DNA from: an uncultured Atopobiaceae bacterium
GTDB taxonomy: Bacteria > Actinomycetota > Coriobacteriia > Coriobacteriales > Atopobiaceae
Length of the DNA stretch: 64,000 nt
Direction of reading: 5' to 3'
Assembly (NCBI GenBank): GCA_947631545.1
Contig: CANRLS010000003.1
Location: 3,146-67,145 of the forward strand
Under the pieces are notes generated by a model. That model did no database searches and was not told the DNA's origin. It saw nothing but the letters and a program-made list of their open reading frames with translations. A program made the translations under genes and the position numbers. Each line of letters starts with the position of its first letter. The first letter of the stretch is position 1. Below, piece by piece: positions 35,943-44,485 of the stretch.

Positions 35943-37805
35943 CTAGCTCTTGGGGAAGTCGTTCAGGATGCCGACGATCTTGGCGCCGTAGCCGGCGCCC
36001 GCCCAATGGCCGTCGAGACCTTCCACGGTGGGGGCGCAGCCCCGCGTGACATATCCGAAGCGAGGGTCGACGCAGGGCCTGTTGAGCGGCGCCGTCGACG
36101 CGTAGGCCTTCAGGTGCTGGGCCTGGGCCAGAAGGCCCTGCGCCACGTCGTCGAAGCTGTTGCCCGGCACGCCGTTGCCCGTGGCGCCGATGCCGCCGAA
36201 GTTGCACTGGCCAACCTGCACGTCACCGCCGAACTGCAGCCAGCCGGTCTCGAGGATCACCTGGGCGAGCAGCACGTCGGGCCGCACGCCCTCGCTCGTC
36301 GCCTGCTCCCAGAGCACATCGACGAAGGCCTCCGGCGTGGCGGCGCCCTTGGAGGCGTAGAGCGCCGGATAGGTCTTGCCCTTCTGGGCCATGGCGCTCG
36401 CGAAGTAGCCCTTGAGCGCCTCTCGACGGGTCGCGCTCTCGCCCATGATCGGCGTGCCCGACGGCGTGGGCTCGACGGGTTCCGATTCCGCGGGACCTGA
36501 TGCGGATCCCGAGCTCTGGGAGCCCAGCCCGTAGAAGGCCGTGCCCTCATCGGTCCAGCCCAGGTTGCGGGTGACGTCGCGCTCATGGGCATCCGTCGTG
36601 AAGAGATGGTCTCCCATCGGGCTCTGGGAGTTGTAGAGCCGCCAGATGGCCACGGCGCCCGCATCCCTGGCATCCGCTCCATGGAAGGCCACGCCCTCCT
36701 GCTTCCAGCCCGCCTCCCCGAGTACGCGGTACTCGTTCGCGTCAGCCGTGTAGAAGTGCGCGTGGCTCGCGCGGTTGTAGAGTCGGTAGATATCCTGGCC
36801 CGAGCTCGGGCTCACCCATTCCACCTGCTCGAACCTCCACCCCTGGCGCTTGAGGGCCCGGGCCTCGTTCCTGTCAGTCGTGAAGAGGTGCTCTCCCGTG
36901 GACTTGTTCAAGAACCGGAAGACGCTCCCCTCAGCGGCCGTATCGAAGGGATCCCTCCACGGGTTCTGCCGGTTGTAGTCGTAGGCGCTCGAGAGCGAAT
37001 TCAGCCGTTCGTAGATCGCCTCGGCGTCCGCGATGCCGAGCTTCCTGCAGAACTCCGGGTCTCTCAGGAGCGCCGCATCGTGGGGGTTGTCCACGAAGGC
37101 GTGCTCCACGAGGACGCCCGTCATGCCCGCCTGGCGCGCGTAGCGGATGACGCCGTAGTAGTCGGCCGCATCGCCGCTCTCGTAGTCGTAGGAACGGTCG
37201 CCGTCGATCGTGCGGACCTTGGTTCCGCGGTATCTCCCCACGAGCGCGCCCAGCTTCGGGCCGAGGACGTCGGCCAGCGCCTGCCCCTCGTCGTGGACGT
37301 TGGGGTAGTAGGAGCAGCTGTAGGGGATGTAGATCTCGGCGCCCGTGCCGGAGGGCGTCTCGTTGTTGTGCTGGCTCACGAAGACGCAGGCGCCGGCGCT
37401 CACGGCTCGCTGCACCCGGTTGTAGATGCTCGGGTTCTCGTTCGCGCCGCGGGTCATGAGGACCGTCACGCCGCGGGCTTCGAGCCACTCCTTCGTGGCA
37501 GTGGAGATCTTCCAATTCGGATCCTTCTCGCACAGGAGCGGCCTCCCAGAGCCGTCTTTCAGTACAGCTCCGGAGTCGTTTCCGCCGTGCCCGGGGTCGA
37601 GGGCCACGACGGGGCCGTTCGCGAGGGCGGCCGCCGTGCCCTCCGCCGGCACCTCGACCGAGAGGGCCTCCCCCATCTCCTCGTTCGCGTAGAAGGGATC
37701 GCCGGCCGTCTCGGCGCCGGCGGCTGCGGGCGCGACGGCCATGGCGAGCGCCACGAGGCAGGTGCCGAGGAGCGCGAGGACGATGGAGCGGATGCGATGG
37801 GACAT
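35943..37805 (-). CDS. secreted multidomain cell-wall hydrolase: amidase_3 + three tandem repeats + glucosaminidase-like domain
   Basis: Signal peptide MSHRIRSIVLALLGTCLVALAMAVAPAAAGA. Contains LDPGHGGNDSGAV (amidase_3). Three roughly 45-aa repeats have (F/Y/W)R(F/L)(L/Y)N...(G)(E/D)H(L/F)(F/Y)T(T/A)D..E, at roughly 36530-36920. The C-terminal LAQ.ILETGW...N.GGIG matches the mannosyl-glycoprotein endo-beta-N-acetylglucosaminidase type. Confidence 0.85.
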   Translation of the reverse strand: MSHRIRSIVLALLGTCLVALAMAVAPAAAGAETAGDPFYANEEMGEALSVEVPAEGTAAALANGPVVALDPGHGGNDSGAVLKDGSGRPLLCEKDPNWKISTATKEWLEARGVTVLMTRGANENPSIYNRVQRAVSAGACVFVSQHNNETPSGTGAEIYIPYSCSYYPNVHDEGQALADVLGPKLGALVGRYRGTKVRTIDGDRSYDYESGDAADYYGVIRYARQAGMTGVLVEHAFVDNPHDAALLRDPEFCRKLGIADAEAIYERLNSLSSAYDYNRQNPWRDPFDTAAEGSVFRFLNKSTGEHLFTTDRNEARALKRQGWRFEQVEWVSPSSGQDIYRLYNRASHAHFYTADANEYRVLGEAGWKQEGVAFHGADARDAGAVAIWRLYNSQSPMGDHLFTTDAHERDVTRNLGWTDEGTAFYGLGSQSSGSASGPAESEPVEPTPSGTPIMGESATRREALKGYFASAMAQKGKTYPALYASKGAATPEAFVDVLWEQATSEGVRPDVLLAQVILETGWLQFGGDVQVGQCNFGGIGATGNGVPGNSFDDVAQGLLAQAQHLKAYASTAPLNRPCVDPRFGYVTRGCAPTVEGLDGHWAGAGYGAKIVGILNDFPKS

Positions 37806-38130
37806 GCGAAACCCCCTGGTGCGTTCGATCTGCAGTCGGGCCCGGACATGCGGAGGCGGGCTCGGATCGCGAAGCCGTTGCGGGGGGCCATTCTAGGCCA
37901 GGCGTGGGCGAGTCGCACCCCCGCGCATGCCCTACGCTGCCCCGTTCCTTCACACAACGTGCACAGCCGATGGCCGCGTCGTGGGTTCCCGGCGCCCCTC
38001 GCCATGCCCGAGTCTCTAAAATGAGCGCTCATGCGGGACGCAGGCTCCACGGCCGCGCCTCGCCGATCGCACCGACCGCTTCAAACGCGCCCTCTCGCAG
38101 ATCAATCGCCGCACCGCCGGAAGGGATTCC

Positions 38131-40356
38131 ATGGGCATTCGCAACCGACGCGCCAGGGAGAAGTCCCACACCCACGTCATCGCCTTCGGCGTCGCCGGCG
38201 TGGCGGGCTTCCTCGCGCTCGCCGTCATCGCCCTCGCCTTCTCGCTCGGAAGCGTCGTCGACTCCTGGCTCCAGGAGCTCCCCGACTTCGAGTCGGCCGA
38301 CGCCTACCTGGTATCGGAGCCCACGCAGGTCTACGACGCCAACGACACCCTCATCGCCGAGTTCTACGCCGAGAACCGCCGCGCCGTGGACATCGCCGAC
38401 GTCTCCCCCTACGTGGTGAACGGCACCGTCGACACCGAGGACATCCGCTTCTACCAGCACAACGGCGTCGACCCGCAGGGCATCCTCCGCGCCGTGGTGG
38501 TGCAGTTCACCGGCGGCAACGAGGGCGCCTCCACCATCACCCAGCAGCTGGTGCGCAACACCGTCCTCTCGCAGGAGCAGTTCGACCTCACCCTCAAGCG
38601 CAAGGTGCGCGAGGCCTACATCGCCATCGAGATGGAGAAGAAGTACACGAAGGAGCAGATCCTCAACATGTACTTGAACACCATCAACTACGGCCATGGG
38701 GCCTACGGCATCGAGGCGGCCTCGATCACCTACTTCAACAAGCCCTCCTCCGAGCTCACGCTGCCCGAGGCCGCGCTTCTCGTGGGTCTGCCGCAATCGC
38801 CCTCCTACTACGACCCGACCGAGAACCCCGACGCGGCCGTGGCCAGGCGAAACGTCGTCCTCAGCCGCATGCTCGAGGCGAACGACATCACGCAGGAGGA
38901 ATACGACGCGGCCGTGGCCGCCCCGCTCGAGCTGAACCCGGGCCAGAGCGTCATGGAGGGCACGGGCACCTACCCGTACTGGACGAACTACGTGCGCGAC
39001 CTCCTCACCGAGGACTTCTCGTCCGAGACCGTGCTCAAGGGCGGCCTTCGCGTCTACACCACCCTGAAGCCCGACGTGCAGCAGATGGCCGAGGAGGCCG
39101 TGCAGGAGCAGCTGGCCGAGATCGGCAACAGCGAACTCGACGCGGGCTTCGCCGCGGTGGATCCCCAAACGGGCTACCTCGTGGCCATGGTGGGGGGCCG
39201 GGACTTCGACTCGAACCAGTTCAACAACGCCACCCAAGCCAGGCGCCAGACCGGCTCCTCGTTCAAGGCCTTCACCCTCACCGCCGCCGTCGAGGACGGG
39301 ATGAACCCCGACATCTACATCGACTGCAACTCGCCCCTGCAGGTGACGAGCGCCTGGCGCGTGCAGAACATCGACAACGCCCAGTACGGCACGATCACCC
39401 TCGCCCGGGCCACCGAGCTCTCGAGCAACACGGGCTACGCCCAGGTGGCCCAGGCCATCGGCTCCGACCGCATCGTCGACACCGCCCACGCCATGGGCAT
39501 CAAGGTGGACCTACCCCCGCATCCCTCGCTCACGCTGGGCACCGTGGGCGTGCCCCCGGTCGAGATGGCCGGCGCCTACGCCACGCTCGCCAACGGCGGC
39601 ACCCACCGGGACGTGGTGAGCATCTTGAAGATCGAGGACCGCAACGGCAACGTGGTCTACGAGCACGAGGATCGGCCCACCACGGCCGTGGACACCTCGG
39701 TGACGTCCGTGGTGACGGACGTCCTCGAGGGCGTGGTCAGGCGCGGCACCGCAAGCTACTCCACGGTGCGCTCCAACGTGGACCAGCCCGTGGCCGGCAA
39801 GACCGGCACCACCGATGGTGCCCGTGACCTCTGGTTCTGCGGCTACACGCCCCAGATCGCCGCCGCCGTGTGGGTGGGCTATCCGGCCGAGCGCACCGTT
39901 TACATCGACGGCAGCCAGGGCCACCCCTACAACTCCTCGGTGCCCATGTTCATGCGCTTCATCAACAAGCTCCTGGACGGCGCTGAGCGCGAGGAGTTCC
40001 CGAGCGCTCCCGAACCCAAGTACAAGCCCAACAGCTCGTGGACCTTCTCCAAGAGCTACGGCTCCGAGAACTACGACGCCTACGCCGAGGGCCAGCCCAC
40101 CCAGCGCTACGACAACGCCTCGTCCTCGTCGAGCGGCGAATCCGGGAGCACTGGCAGCGGCACCTCGAGTTCGGGCAACTCGGGCGGCGCCACGATCTCC
40201 CCGGGCGCGAACCCCGCGCCCTCGGAGCCCACGACGCCCTCGGAGCCCACGACGCCGAGCGAGCCCACGCCCTCCGAGCCCTCGCCCCCCGCAGAGGGAG
40301 GCGGCGACGAAGGCGGCGGCGACGAAGGCGGCGGCGAGGTCCCCCAGACCGAATGA
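38131..40356 (+). CDS. class A penicillin-binding protein (glycosyltransferase + transpeptidase)
   Basis: N-terminal TM anchor. GT51 motifs EDIRFYQHNGVD, GASTITQQL and RKV.EA. Transpeptidase motifs SSFK, SSN and KTGTT. Low-complexity PSEPTT/GGGDE tail encoded by 18-nt and 15-nt tandem repeats. Confidence 0.9.
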   Translation: MGIRNRRAREKSHTHVIAFGVAGVAGFLALAVIALAFSLGSVVDSWLQELPDFESADAYLVSEPTQVYDANDTLIAEFYAENRRAVDIADVSPYVVNGTVDTEDIRFYQHNGVDPQGILRAVVVQFTGGNEGASTITQQLVRNTVLSQEQFDLTLKRKVREAYIAIEMEKKYTKEQILNMYLNTINYGHGAYGIEAASITYFNKPSSELTLPEAALLVGLPQSPSYYDPTENPDAAVARRNVVLSRMLEANDITQEEYDAAVAAPLELNPGQSVMEGTGTYPYWTNYVRDLLTEDFSSETVLKGGLRVYTTLKPDVQQMAEEAVQEQLAEIGNSELDAGFAAVDPQTGYLVAMVGGRDFDSNQFNNATQARRQTGSSFKAFTLTAAVEDGMNPDIYIDCNSPLQVTSAWRVQNIDNAQYGTITLARATELSSNTGYAQVAQAIGSDRIVDTAHAMGIKVDLPPHPSLTLGTVGVPPVEMAGAYATLANGGTHRDVVSILKIEDRNGNVVYEHEDRPTTAVDTSVTSVVTDVLEGVVRRGTASYSTVRSNVDQPVAGKTGTTDGARDLWFCGYTPQIAAAVWVGYPAERTVYIDGSQGHPYNSSVPMFMRFINKLLDGAEREEFPSAPEPKYKPNSSWTFSKSYGSENYDAYAEGQPTQRYDNASSSSSGESGSTGSGTSSSGNSGGATISPGANPAPSEPTTPSEPTTPSEPTPSEPSPPAEGGGDEGGGDEGGGEVPQTE

Positions 40357-40361
40357 CGAGA

Positions 40362-40393
40362 GCGGGGCGCTTCCCCAGAGGGAGGCGCCCCGC
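40362..40393 (+). terminator. hairpin directly after the PBP stop codon
   Basis: GCGGGGCGCTTCCC-caga-GGGAGGCGCCCCGC, a 14-bp stem with one G-U pair, starting 6 nt after TGA. There is no U-tract. Confidence 0.55.
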
Positions 40394-40439
40394 GCCTTGC
40401 GCATCGCGCTCGCTTCGCCGGATGGCGCCGATCGCGCTC

Positions 40440-40600
40440 GATCTCCCCAGCGCCCCGGGGCTCCCGGGCTGAGCCCCAAGGCCCCAAAGGCTCCCAAGGC
40501 CCCAGGCCTCCCAGGGCGTCCATGGCTTCCCGAGCCCCCAGGGCCTCGCGGGCCGTCAGGGCTCTCTGGGCTTCCGGGACTCACCACGGTGTCGCGCACC
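40440..40600. repeat. degenerate 9-nt periodic repeat (YCCNRGGCY) that reads as Gly-X-Y / X-Pro-Gly triplets
   Basis: About 12 consecutive 9-nt units: CCCCAAGGC CCCAAAGGC TCCCAAGGC CCCAGGCCT CCCAGGGCG and so on. The minus frame gives GGSGSHGRPGRPGALGAFGALGLS. A plus frame gives APKAPKAPGLPGRP...PPGPRGPSGLSGLPGL. Confidence 0.5.
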
Positions 40601-40609
40601 GCCCGCGCA

Positions 40610-40633
40610 CCGCCCGCACGGGCGCGCGGGCGG
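40610..40633 (-). terminator. hairpin directly after the argH stop codon
   Basis: CCGCCCGC-acgggcgc-GCGGGCGG, a perfect 8-bp stem lying 2 nt downstream of the argH stop on the minus strand. It overlaps an 11-nt tandem GCGCACCGCCC x2. Confidence 0.5.
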
Positions 40634-40635
40634 GC

Positions 40636-42102
40636 TCACGCGGCGGGCGCTTCGGCCCGCTGGCGCGCCAGCTCGTCTTCCGCCAACGCGAGCTGCACCG
40701 CAAGCGGCGCGGCGCCCGTGCCGCCCTCGGTGGCGCGACGGTCGACGACCGCCTCCAGCTCGATCCAGCCGTAGACGTCCTCGTCGAAGAGCGGGCTCTC
40801 GGCGCGCATCTCGTCCAGCGCGAGGTCCTCGAGCCCCTTGCCCTCCGCCACGCACCGGGCCACGAGCCGGCCCACCGCGCCGTGGGCCTCGCGGAAGGGA
40901 AGGCCCTTCGAGACGAGGTAGTCGGCCATGTCGGTGGCGGCCATGAGGCCCTCCCCCGCCGCCTCTCGCATGCGGGCCCGGTTGAAGGCGAGCGTCTCCA
41001 CCATGCCCGCGACCACCTCCAGGCACTGGCGCGCCGTGTCGGCGGCGTCGAAGAGCGGCTCCTTATCCTCCTGAAGGTCCTTGTCGTAGGCGAGCGGCAG
41101 CCCCTTCATCGTCGTCAGGAGCGCCATGAGGTCGCCGTAGACCCGGCCGGTCTTGCCCCGCACGAGCTCGGCGAAGTCGGGATTCTTCTTCTGCGGCATG
41201 ATCGACGAGCCCGTGGAATGGGCGTCGTCCATGGTGACGAAGCCGAACTCGGCCGAGCTCCAGAGCACGAGCTCCTCGCAGAGCCGCGAGAGGTGGAGCA
41301 TCGCCATGGCCGAGGCGTAGATGAGGTCGAGGGCGAAGTCGCGATCGCTCACCGCGTCGAGCGAGTTGGGGATCACGGAGGAGAACCCCAGTTCGGAGGC
41401 CGTGGCCCCGCGATCGAGGGGATAGGTGGTGCCGGCGAGGGCGGCAGATCCCAGAGGCGAGGCGTCCGCCGCACGGCGGGCGGCAAAGAGACGCGCCCAG
41501 TCGCGCGAGAGCATCCAGAAGTAGGCCAGCAGATGGTGCGCGAGGCGCACCGGCTGGGCCGGCTGGAGGTGGGTGTAGCCGGGAAGGATCGTCTCGCGCT
41601 CGGCCTCGGCGCGCGCGAGGAGCGCCGCCTCCAAGCGCTCGCAGGCCGCCATGAGGCCGCTCGCCAGGCGCTTGGCCGCGAGCCTCGAGTCGAGCGCCAC
41701 CTGGTCGTTCCTCGAGCGGGCGGTGTGGAGCCTCCCGCCGGCGCTTCCCACGAGCTCCGTCAGGCGACGCTCCACGGCCATATGGATGTCCTCGTCCACC
41801 GTCTCGTCGAAGGCGAGCCGGCCCTCGCGGATCTCGTCCGCCACGGCGTCAAGGCCGCTGACGATGGCCGCCACGTCCGCCTCGGAGAGGATCCCCTGGG
41901 CGCCGAGCATCCGGGCATGGGCCTTGGAGCCGGCGATGTCCTCCTCCCAGAGGCGCCGATCAACCGGAAGCGAGGCTCCGAAGCGCGTGAGGTCGGCGCT
42001 CGGCGTGGCCCGGAAGCGCCCGCCCCAGAGCGGCGCCGCCTGCCCGTCGCGCGCCTCTGCGCCATCGGCGCCCGGCGCGCCCTGCGTGTGCGGATCGGCC
42101 AT
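40636..42102 (-). CDS. argH: argininosuccinate lyase
   Basis: 488 aa. Contains LWGGRF, SRNDQVA and the fumarate-lyase signature GSSIMPQKKNPD. Confidence 0.93.
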   Translation of the reverse strand: MADPHTQGAPGADGAEARDGQAAPLWGGRFRATPSADLTRFGASLPVDRRLWEEDIAGSKAHARMLGAQGILSEADVAAIVSGLDAVADEIREGRLAFDETVDEDIHMAVERRLTELVGSAGGRLHTARSRNDQVALDSRLAAKRLASGLMAACERLEAALLARAEAERETILPGYTHLQPAQPVRLAHHLLAYFWMLSRDWARLFAARRAADASPLGSAALAGTTYPLDRGATASELGFSSVIPNSLDAVSDRDFALDLIYASAMAMLHLSRLCEELVLWSSAEFGFVTMDDAHSTGSSIMPQKKNPDFAELVRGKTGRVYGDLMALLTTMKGLPLAYDKDLQEDKEPLFDAADTARQCLEVVAGMVETLAFNRARMREAAGEGLMAATDMADYLVSKGLPFREAHGAVGRLVARCVAEGKGLEDLALDEMRAESPLFDEDVYGWIELEAVVDRRATEGGTGAAPLAVQLALAEDELARQRAEAPAA

Positions 42103-42222
42103 GCCATGCCTCCAATGGCTCGAAACGAAAGGGGCGACGGCCGCGGCCGTCGCCCCATTCTGCCATGCGATGTCCCCCGCGCGTCTCTCCGAAGGTCCGT
42201 CGCCCAGGGCGTCGACGGCCCG

Positions 42223-43620
42223 CTAGGCGTCGAACTTCTGGATCGTGGGCTCGATCCCCGAAGGCGACACGGAGGAGACCAGCGGCTTCAGCTCGCCCTC
42301 GCCGTCCACGCTCCGCTCGGCCCACACGGTGTTGGGAAGCCCGTAGAGGTCCATGAAGCCCTTGGCGGCGCTCCGGTCGTAGGTGTCGCCCTCCTCGTAG
42401 GTGGCGAGGCCGAAGTCGTAGATGGAGTGCGGGCTCCGCATGCCCACCACGTCGCAGTTGCCCTTGTAGAGCTTCAGGCGCACCTCGCCCGTCACGGTCT
42501 GCTGCGCGCTCTCCATGAAGGCGTCAAGGGCGTCCTTCAGCGGGCTGAACCAATGGCCGCCGTAGACCTGGCGCGCCCACTCGTGCTCGAGGTCGAGCTT
42601 CTGGGCGAGGAGGTCGCCCGGCAGGCAGAGGGTCTCGAGCGCCTTGTGGGCCTTGATGATGGCGAGGGCGGCCGGCTGCTCGTAGCACTCGCGCGACTTC
42701 AGTCCCACCACGCGATCCTCGATCATGTCGATCCGCCCGAATCCGTTGGCGCCGGCCACGGCGTTCAGCGTCTTCACGAGCTCGAGCATGCCCATGGGCT
42801 TGCCATCGACGCTCACGGGCTTGCCCTGCTCGAAGCCGATGAGGACCTCGGTGGGCTCGTCGGGGGCATCCTCGGGATCGCAGGTGATGGCCCAGGCGCC
42901 CGCCGGCGGCTCGTTCCAGGGATCCTCCAGCTCGCCGCACTCGATGGCGCGGCCCCAGACGTTCTCGTCCACGGAGTAGATCTTGTCCTTGGTGACCTCG
43001 ATCACGAGGTTCCGGGCCTCGAGATACTCGATCTCGGAGGAGCGGGTGAGGAGCTCCCACTCGCGCACGGGGCCGAGGACCTCGAGCGAGGGGTCGAGCG
43101 CCTTGCACTCCAGCTCGAAGCGCACCTGATCGTTGCCCTTGCCGGTGCAGCCGTGGGCGATCGCGCACGCGCCCTCCTGATGGGCCACCTCCACCAGATG
43201 GCGGCAGATGACGGGCCGCGAGAGCGCCGAGAGCAGCGGGTACTTGTTCTCGTACATGCCGTTGGCCTTGATGGCGCAGGTGCACACGTCCTCGGTGTAC
43301 TCGTCCTTCATGTCGATGGCCCAGGCGCTCACGGCGCCGAGCGAGAGGGCGCGCTCGCAGAGGGCGGCGAAGTCCTTGTCCTCGGGCTGGCCCACGTCGG
43401 CGATGACCGCCACGACGTCGTAGCCCTTGTCCTTCAGCCAAGCGATGAGGCAGGAGGTGTCGAGGCCGCCGGAGTAGGCGAGCACGACCTTGCCCTTGGG
43501 GCCGTTCGCCGACGCGGGGGCCTTCGAAGTCGCGGTCGCGGGCGTGTCGCTTCCCATGCCGTCGGAGGCGGCGAGGGCGCTCCCGAGCGCGGAGGCGTGG
43601 GCGAAGTGCGGATTTTCCAT
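42223..43620 (-). CDS. argG: argininosuccinate synthase
   Basis: Contains KVVLAYSGGLDTS, GCTGKGNDQVRFE and a C-terminal oligomerisation tail. There is an unusually long N-terminus of about 45 aa before the P-loop. An alternative ATG gives MGSDTP... Confidence 0.9.
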   Translation of the reverse strand: MENPHFAHASALGSALAASDGMGSDTPATATSKAPASANGPKGKVVLAYSGGLDTSCLIAWLKDKGYDVVAVIADVGQPEDKDFAALCERALSLGAVSAWAIDMKDEYTEDVCTCAIKANGMYENKYPLLSALSRPVICRHLVEVAHQEGACAIAHGCTGKGNDQVRFELECKALDPSLEVLGPVREWELLTRSSEIEYLEARNLVIEVTKDKIYSVDENVWGRAIECGELEDPWNEPPAGAWAITCDPEDAPDEPTEVLIGFEQGKPVSVDGKPMGMLELVKTLNAVAGANGFGRIDMIEDRVVGLKSRECYEQPAALAIIKAHKALETLCLPGDLLAQKLDLEHEWARQVYGGHWFSPLKDALDAFMESAQQTVTGEVRLKLYKGNCDVVGMRSPHSIYDFGLATYEEGDTYDRSAAKGFMDLYGLPNTVWAERSVDGEGELKPLVSSVSPSGIEPTIQKFDA

Positions 43621-43757
43621 CGTGCGGGTTCCTTTCTAAGCGAATCAGAGCCTTAGCCCTGCGCGATCAGGGCGAGTGGACGGGCGGTGGGGCATCGGCT
43701 GCGCGCTGGCGCCGAACGGGTGAGAGCGGCCGGCTCGCGTCCGGCTCCGAGGGGCCC

Positions 43758-44198
43758 TCACCGCGCGGTTCGCAGCTTGTCCAGGTGCGCCTCGAGGGCC
43801 TTCCCCTCCTCCTCCTCGCGCGTGACCACGAGGATGGTGTCGTTCCCGGCGAGGGTGCCCACGATCTCGGGCAGGCCGGCCGCGTCGATGGCGGCGGCGA
43901 TGCCGGGGGCGGTGCCCGGCTGGGCCATGACGAGCACGAGGTTGTTCGCCCTATCGACGCCCACCGCGAGCTCCGACATCATGCGCTGGAGGTGCATGTC
44001 CTCGGCGAGCACGTAGACGCCCTCGGGGAGCTTCCGGAGCCCCATGTCGGCGATGTCGCGCGAGACCGTCGCCTGGGTGCACGAGAAGCCGGCCTCCTTG
44101 AGCTCGGAGACCAGCGCGTGCTGGGTGCGGATGGACTTGCTCCGCACGATGTCGCGGATCACATCCTGGCGATCGTTGCGGCCCTTGATCAACGTCAT
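43758..44198 (-). CDS. argR: arginine repressor
   Basis: From ATG 44196-44198 behind GAGGGAG. Contains R...I..I.....I.TQ..L...L...G...TQATVSRDI..(L)G, with a C-terminal GT(L)AG(N)DTI. Confidence 0.88.
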   Translation of the reverse strand: MTLIKGRNDRQDVIRDIVRSKSIRTQHALVSELKEAGFSCTQATVSRDIADMGLRKLPEGVYVLAEDMHLQRMMSELAVGVDRANNLVLVMAQPGTAPGIAAAIDAAGLPEIVGTLAGNDTILVVTREEEEGKALEAHLDKLRTAR

Positions 44199-44239
44199 CT
44201 CCCTCGGCTCGCATAAGGCATGCCAAATACCCGCTGTCC

Positions 44240-44280
44240 TATGCATGATGCTCTGCTTCATTGCATATTCCATGCATGAA
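44240..44280. promoter_or_regulatory. candidate ARG-box-like operator region upstream of argR-argG-argH
   Basis: An AT-richer stretch with clustered TGCAT/ATGCA half-sites: TATGCATGATG...CATTGCATATTCCATGCATGAAG. It resembles TGCAT-type ARG boxes of high-GC Gram-positives. The spacing is imperfect. Confidence 0.35.
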
Positions 44281-44485
44281 GCACCGATACGGTACTCGGC
44301 CATGGACGTCCTGTCAAAAACCGAAGGGGAAGCGCGCCCGCGCCCGGGCCCTCGCCGTGGCGGCATCGCTCGCCGAGGGCCCCCAGCAGCGGTGATTCAC
44401 GCCGTTGTATATCATGCCTGTGAGACCCGAGTGCCTCGCGCCGGGAGCGCTCGCCCTGGCCGTGGAACGCCCTTCAGGAGGCATC

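Noticed and set aside
37806-38130. A possible c-di-AMP (ydaO) riboswitch upstream of the cell-wall hydrolase, as seen for wall hydrolase genes in other Actinomycetota.
   Set aside because: Only scattered similar words are present (GTAGGGCATGC, GGGGGTGCGACTC, CCCGACTGCAGATCGAAC). They are in the wrong order, and there is an insertion in the most conserved ACAGCUAAC block.
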